Shown here: one piece after another, positions 58,125-64,000 of the stretch
How the letters are laid out: every line of letters begins with the position of its first letter
Position numbering within the stretch: the first letter of the stretch is position 1
DNA from: Octopus vulgaris
Lineage: Eukaryota
Reading direction: 5' to 3'
Assembly: GCA_951406725.2 (NCBI GenBank)
Contig: OX597840.1
Span: 27,776,001-27,840,000 of the forward strand
DNA: 64,000 nt
Notes under the pieces: model-generated
The model's database searches: none
Seen by the model: the letters and a program-made list of their open reading frames with translations, nothing else
Told to the model about the DNA's origin: nothing
Made by a program: the position numbers and the translations under genes

Positions 58125-58335
58125 AAAGTTAATCCAAACAAGAAAGCACAAAAAAACACAACAACGCGAGGACGTGGAACAAGTAAAGTATTCTTGGACG
58201 CTCAGGAAAGAAGGAAAGAAGGAGGGTTTAACGTTTCGAGCGGAGCTCTTCGTCGGAAACATAGGAGAAGGAAAGATCCAGAGAAGGGAAGACAGAGGAA
58301 AAAAATCGCCAACGGTACACACAAGGTCACATACA
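58125..58335 (-). mobile_element. (TA)n-flanked T1-related element with CCGACGA hammerhead motif (58226-58260)
   Basis: Minus strand GTTT-CCGACGA-A-GAGC-TCC-GCTC-GAAAC-GTT-AAAC. Confidence 0.75.
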
Positions 58336-58369
58336 GATATATATGTACATATATACTTTTATATATGTA

Positions 58370-58751
58370 CTAGCAGTATCGCCCGGCGTTGCTCGGGTTT
58401 GTAAGGGAAATAACTGTAAAGCATTTTTAGAGAGTTATAGCCAAAAAATAGCAAAAAAATGGAAAAAAAAATATGGTAAATTTATTTTTGAGAGTTAAAA
58501 AGGTGGAGGTGCGTCCCCTAGACGGTCTGTGGTTTGTGTTTCTGATTCTCGACCCCATGTCGAATTTATCGATTTTTTCAGAACTGGGGGAACTTTTCAA
58601 AATTTTCGCTGCGTTAGTTTTGAATTATGACATTGGGCTATGTGTGTGTCAAGTTTCATCAGAATCGGTTGAAAGCCGTGGTCAGGGTGAGGGTACAAGC
58701 AAACAGACACACAGAAACACGCACAGACAAACTGCCGTTTATATATAGAGA
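58370..58751 (-). mobile_element. Non-autonomous Helitron
   Basis: Minus strand begins TCTCTATATATAAACGGCAG and ends CCCGAGCAACGCCGGGCGATACTGCTAG, with T following; 3' end shared with 25815-26213. Confidence 0.85.
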
Positions 58752-58843
58752 GATATATATAAATATGTATATACATTTATACATATATATTTATAAATAA
58801 AGGAGATGGGCACGTATATATGTGTATAGAAGTGTGTATATAA

Positions 58844-58886
<43 letters not shown>

Positions 58887-59248
58887 TTTACACCCACATA
58901 CACACAAACACACACCGCTACTTCTACTACTACTACCATTACTACTGCTCATGCTGCTGCTACTACTACTGCCACCACCACCACTATCATCACCGCCATC
59001 ACCACTAATAATAAAAATAATGTTATTACTATATATATATAGTATATACACACAGACAGACTGGAAAGTAAGTAGTTACTCTCTGGAAGCTATCAAAGAA
59101 ACATAACGACCGCTAAATGACCAAAACATTTGTTTTTAAAACCTTTTTGATCCGGGCTTTATATCTCGAGTCCCCTCCGAAGGCCACCACCCCCGCCATC
59201 TACAAACGGACGTTAACACACCAAGTGTTTACGCTGGGATGTTGACAC

Positions 59249-59365
<117 letters not shown>

Positions 59366-59370
59366 TAGAT

Positions 59371-59476
<106 letters not shown>

Positions 59477-59481
59477 TATAG

Positions 59482-59568
<87 letters not shown>

Positions 59569-59573
59569 TAGAG

Positions 59574-59628
<55 letters not shown>

Positions 59629-59957
59629 ACTTTTATTATTTATTGTTGGTTGTGTGTGGTCATTGTACATGATCCGTTGTATTTGATGTGTAAGCCTGTA
59701 ATTACGGGGGTGTTGATGTGTGGGAGGGTCTTTGAGTGGCGGTTTGTGACTTTCTGCCTATTCCTGTCTTTATAACAAAGGCTTTCTTCTCTCCATTACT
59801 TTTTCTCCAGCAATATATATGTTTGACTGTTTGACGGCCACTCACTCTCTCTCTTTTTTCTCCCCCTCTCTCTCTCTCTTTTTCTCTCTTTCGTTAAGTA
59901 TTTATACATACAAACAAACACATCAATAATGCAAGTCGGCAAAATATGTGACCTTGC

Positions 59958-60302
<345 letters not shown>

Positions 60303-60350
60303 CAGATAGATAAATAGTTAAGAATATAATATATACACACTCACACATAC

Positions 60351-60426
<76 letters not shown>

Positions 60427-60450
60427 TATTATACATATATATATATATAT

Positions 60451-60488
<38 letters not shown>

Positions 60489-60529
60489 TAGATAAATAGA
60501 TAAGGATATAATGTAATATATATATATAT

Positions 60530-60726
60530 AGGGAAAGTTTACGAAAGAAACAAAAGACGAAGACAGGTGGTGTACAAACAAACAGATGTATTAGTATAAC
60601 GCTCGGGAATAGAAAAATTCTTTTACGTTTCGAGCCTACGCTCTCCTACAGAAAGGGACACAGAAAAAACAAGGAGAGAAACAAGGAGAGATAAAGATGT
60701 GTGTAGTGGCTAACGATCAATCATGG

Positions 60727-60729
<3 letters not shown>
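60530..60729 (-). mobile_element. Family T1 element
   Basis: Near-identical to 13110-13297; motif at 60620-60655; flanked by (TA)n on both sides. Confidence 0.82.
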
Positions 60730-60780
<51 letters not shown>

Positions 60781-60962
60781 CAATCCTTAGGCTGTGCCAA
60801 ACAACCTGACGATTGGGCTAAGGCATTGGACGAGCTAAAACAATGCTGTCTGAGGTGTTCTTATCGCATGAAACTAATAACAGCTTATAAAAATATGTAT
60901 TGCGTTTATTAAATAACGCACACACACACACACATACACACATATATATAGATATATATAAG

Positions 60963-61015
<53 letters not shown>

Positions 61016-61704
61016 AGAGTTTACGAAAAAACAAAAGACGAAGACAGGTGATGTATAAAACAAACAGATGTGTTAGTATAACGCTCAGGAATAGAAAAAG
61101 GCTTTTACGTTTCGAGCCTATATATATATATATATATATATGTACATTTATGTATGGATATATAAATAATATATATGTATATGCATATATATATATTTGT
61201 GTGTGTGTACATATATACACACACATACACCTCTATAATATAAACGCTTCTTCCTGCTTTAAGTCAATACGGTGTAATATTCAAACACATCTCAGAAACC
61301 AACATTTTTCGCTGCTGAAGAAGTCAATAGTCCAATAGTTTAGAAAGGAAATTGCCACCGCGAGAATAATTATTTCGAGGAATACAAATTACAAAGAAAG
61401 GATGTAGAAATGTTTTTCTTGAAAACTGGAGAGTCTTTATGAAATGAAATGGTTTGTTGAACAAATCCCTTCTGTGTTTGAAATTAAATGATGCCGACTA
61501 AATTTGTTCGCAGAAATCTTTTCGTTCAAAATTATTTTGTATTCTGTTATTAATGGAGAAATTTACCTTGTTATTTCAAGATTTGTATTCATTAAATAAA
61601 AATCCGAACTTTTAATTTTTGAAGACACACCTTTAAATTATGGCTTGATAATTTTTTGCATTTGCAAAAAATTTAACAGAGTTTTTGTTTTCAGAGCGAT
61701 CGCT

Positions 61705-61998
61705 TCTATTACCTATTTCTTTACTACCCACAAGGGGCTAAACACAGAGAGGAAAAACAAGGACAGGCAAGGGGATTAAGTCGATTACATCGACCCCAGT
61801 GCGTAACTGGTACTTATTTAATCGACCCCGAAAGAATGAAAGGCAAAGTCGACCTCGGCTGAATTTGAACTTAGAACGTAGCGGCAGACGAAATACCTAT
61901 TTCTTTACTACCTACACAGAGGAGACAAACAAGGACAGACAAACGGATTAAGTCGATTATATCGACCCCAGTGCGTTACTGGTACTTATTTAATCGAC
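61705..61998 (-). mobile_element. SINE family C 3' part, tandemly duplicated
   Basis: TATTTCTTTACTACC...GATTAAGTCGATTA.ATCGACCCCAGTGCGT occurs twice. Confidence 0.85.
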
Positions 61999-62255
61999 CT
62001 CCTTCTTCTTCTATTTCTATACTCCTTCTTCTTCTATTTCTTTTTCTTCTTCTTCTTCTTCTTCTTCTTCTTCTTCTTCTTCTTCTTCTTCTTCTTCTCC
62101 TTCTTCTTCTTCCTCTTCTCTTTCTCTATATATACATATATACATATTATGTACATATATATATATATCCATATATATATATGCGCGTGTGTGAGTATGC
62201 ATGTCTGGATTTGTGGAGTTGTATACATATGTGTGCTGTGTGTATGTGAGTGTGT

Positions 62256-62344
<89 letters not shown>

Positions 62345-62428
62345 TATACACTCACACATACACAACACTCATATCTATAACAAATCCAGACATGCATACG
62401 CATATATATCTGTATGTAAGTATGTATG

Positions 62429-62459
<31 letters not shown>

Positions 62460-63464
62460 GTATATTTGTTTTGATACCTACACACATGCACACACACGCA
62501 CCGTAATACACATACAAGCACATTTATTATGTGTAGGTGTTTCGCCAAAAATTCATTGACGTATACATTTAGTCGGTCCATTAGTGAAATAAGTTTTCCT
62601 TCTCTAACTCTTTCTATCCAATTCTCTTTCTATTTTTCTTCCTCCCCCGCTTTCCTTCCTCTATCTGTTTATATATCTATCTATCTATCTGTCTATCTAT
62701 TTGTCTGTCTGTCTGTCTGTCTGTGTGTCTATTTGTGTGTCTATCTTAACCGTTTCTAAGTCAGTTGGTTTCGGGCTGCTAACAGCCCTGCTTGCTACGT
62801 CACATCCGGTACGTGCAATAATGTTATTATAGCAGCCATGTTGTGTGTGTGTTGCTGCACTTTGAGTAGTTGCGTCAGGGAAGCCCCACAAATCGGGGAA
62901 CCTTCGGGATAATAACCAAATTAACAAATTAAAAACAAAACAAACAACCAAAATAATATAATAAACTTATAAATAGACAAACAAACACACACAAAAAAAA
63001 AGCATCAAGCAATATTAAATAAGAAGGGAAGACGCCAAAAATAAGCGGGTAATGGCATGGGAAGGAGAAGACATATTTTAGGGGAAACCCTTAAAGTTTC
63101 TACATCGGCAGAATGTTTAGTGACTTTGCGCATGTGTATGGATTACGTTTAATATTTGAGTCGCTAATTGATCTCAATTTGGGTGTTAAATAAACCGATG
63201 AATATTAAGGGATAGGTGGGCGGCGATGGCGGCGGCGGTGGTGTGGGTGTTGTTGTTGTTGTTAGTGGTGGTGGTGGTGGTGGTGGTTTTGGTGGTGGTG
63301 GTGGTGGTTTTGGTGGTGGTGGTGGTGAGAGATATCGTTGTCTTGTCGCAGGGAACGGAAAGTAGTGGGCGTTTTGTGTGTGATTGTGTGTGAGTGTGTA
63401 TGTACGTGTGAGTGCGTTTGTGTGTGTGAATCTGTGTATATCCGTGTATCTTTCTGTATGAGTA

Positions 63465-63517
<53 letters not shown>

Positions 63518-63542
63518 ATATATATACATATATACACACACT

Positions 63543-63578
<36 letters not shown>

Positions 63579-63593
63579 CACGTGTGTGTGTAC

Positions 63594-63624
<31 letters not shown>

Positions 63625-63639
63625 TGTATGTATGTATGT

Positions 63640-63719
<80 letters not shown>

Positions 63720-64000
63720 ATACACAGACAAACAGGAGGATATAAAGACAGAATGTACAGAGTATGGAAGAGAGACGAAGTTTGTGGGCGGAAAATAGTG
63801 AAGAAAGGAGACAGATTTTGTCTCATCGGAAAAAAACGTTTTGAGTTCAAGTCGTGCAACATCCAGGACCCCACGCATTAATTTCACGTAAGCTATTCCG
63901 TTGGACGAGCAACTGAATAGCCCCCGTCGTGACCGACGGACGACCCCCAATATCCACAATGGTCCAACTGAGAAATTTAAAGGTGATTTAGCTGTTATTT

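Overview
Eukaryotic, AT-rich, microsatellite-saturated non-coding DNA. The SINE families and repeat landscape look like an octopus/cephalopod genome (inference from recalled repeat families, not a database hit). I find no credible host protein-coding exon: nearly every long ORF in the track is translated simple repeat. Recognisable content: (1) three tRNA-like SINE families, called A, B and C here, several with clear target-site duplications, nesting and chimeric tails; (2) decayed transposon coding fragments, namely an internally deleted mariner, four RTE/BovB-type 3' ends, a C2H2-finger LINE tail and two R4/Dong-type remnants with restriction-like endonuclease motifs; (3) two non-autonomous Helitrons; (4) a 3.1-kb (TACA)n/(TACG) array and several minisatellites. 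The most notable signal is a set of short elements, mostly embedded in (TA)n tracts, that carry minimal type I hammerhead ribozyme motifs. These have canonical CUGANGA cores or variant CCGANGA and CUGUNGA cores, palindromic helix III, and are often arranged as fold-back palindromes. They are best explained as Penelope-like element pseudo-LTR derivatives. Coordinates of diverged repeats are approximate.
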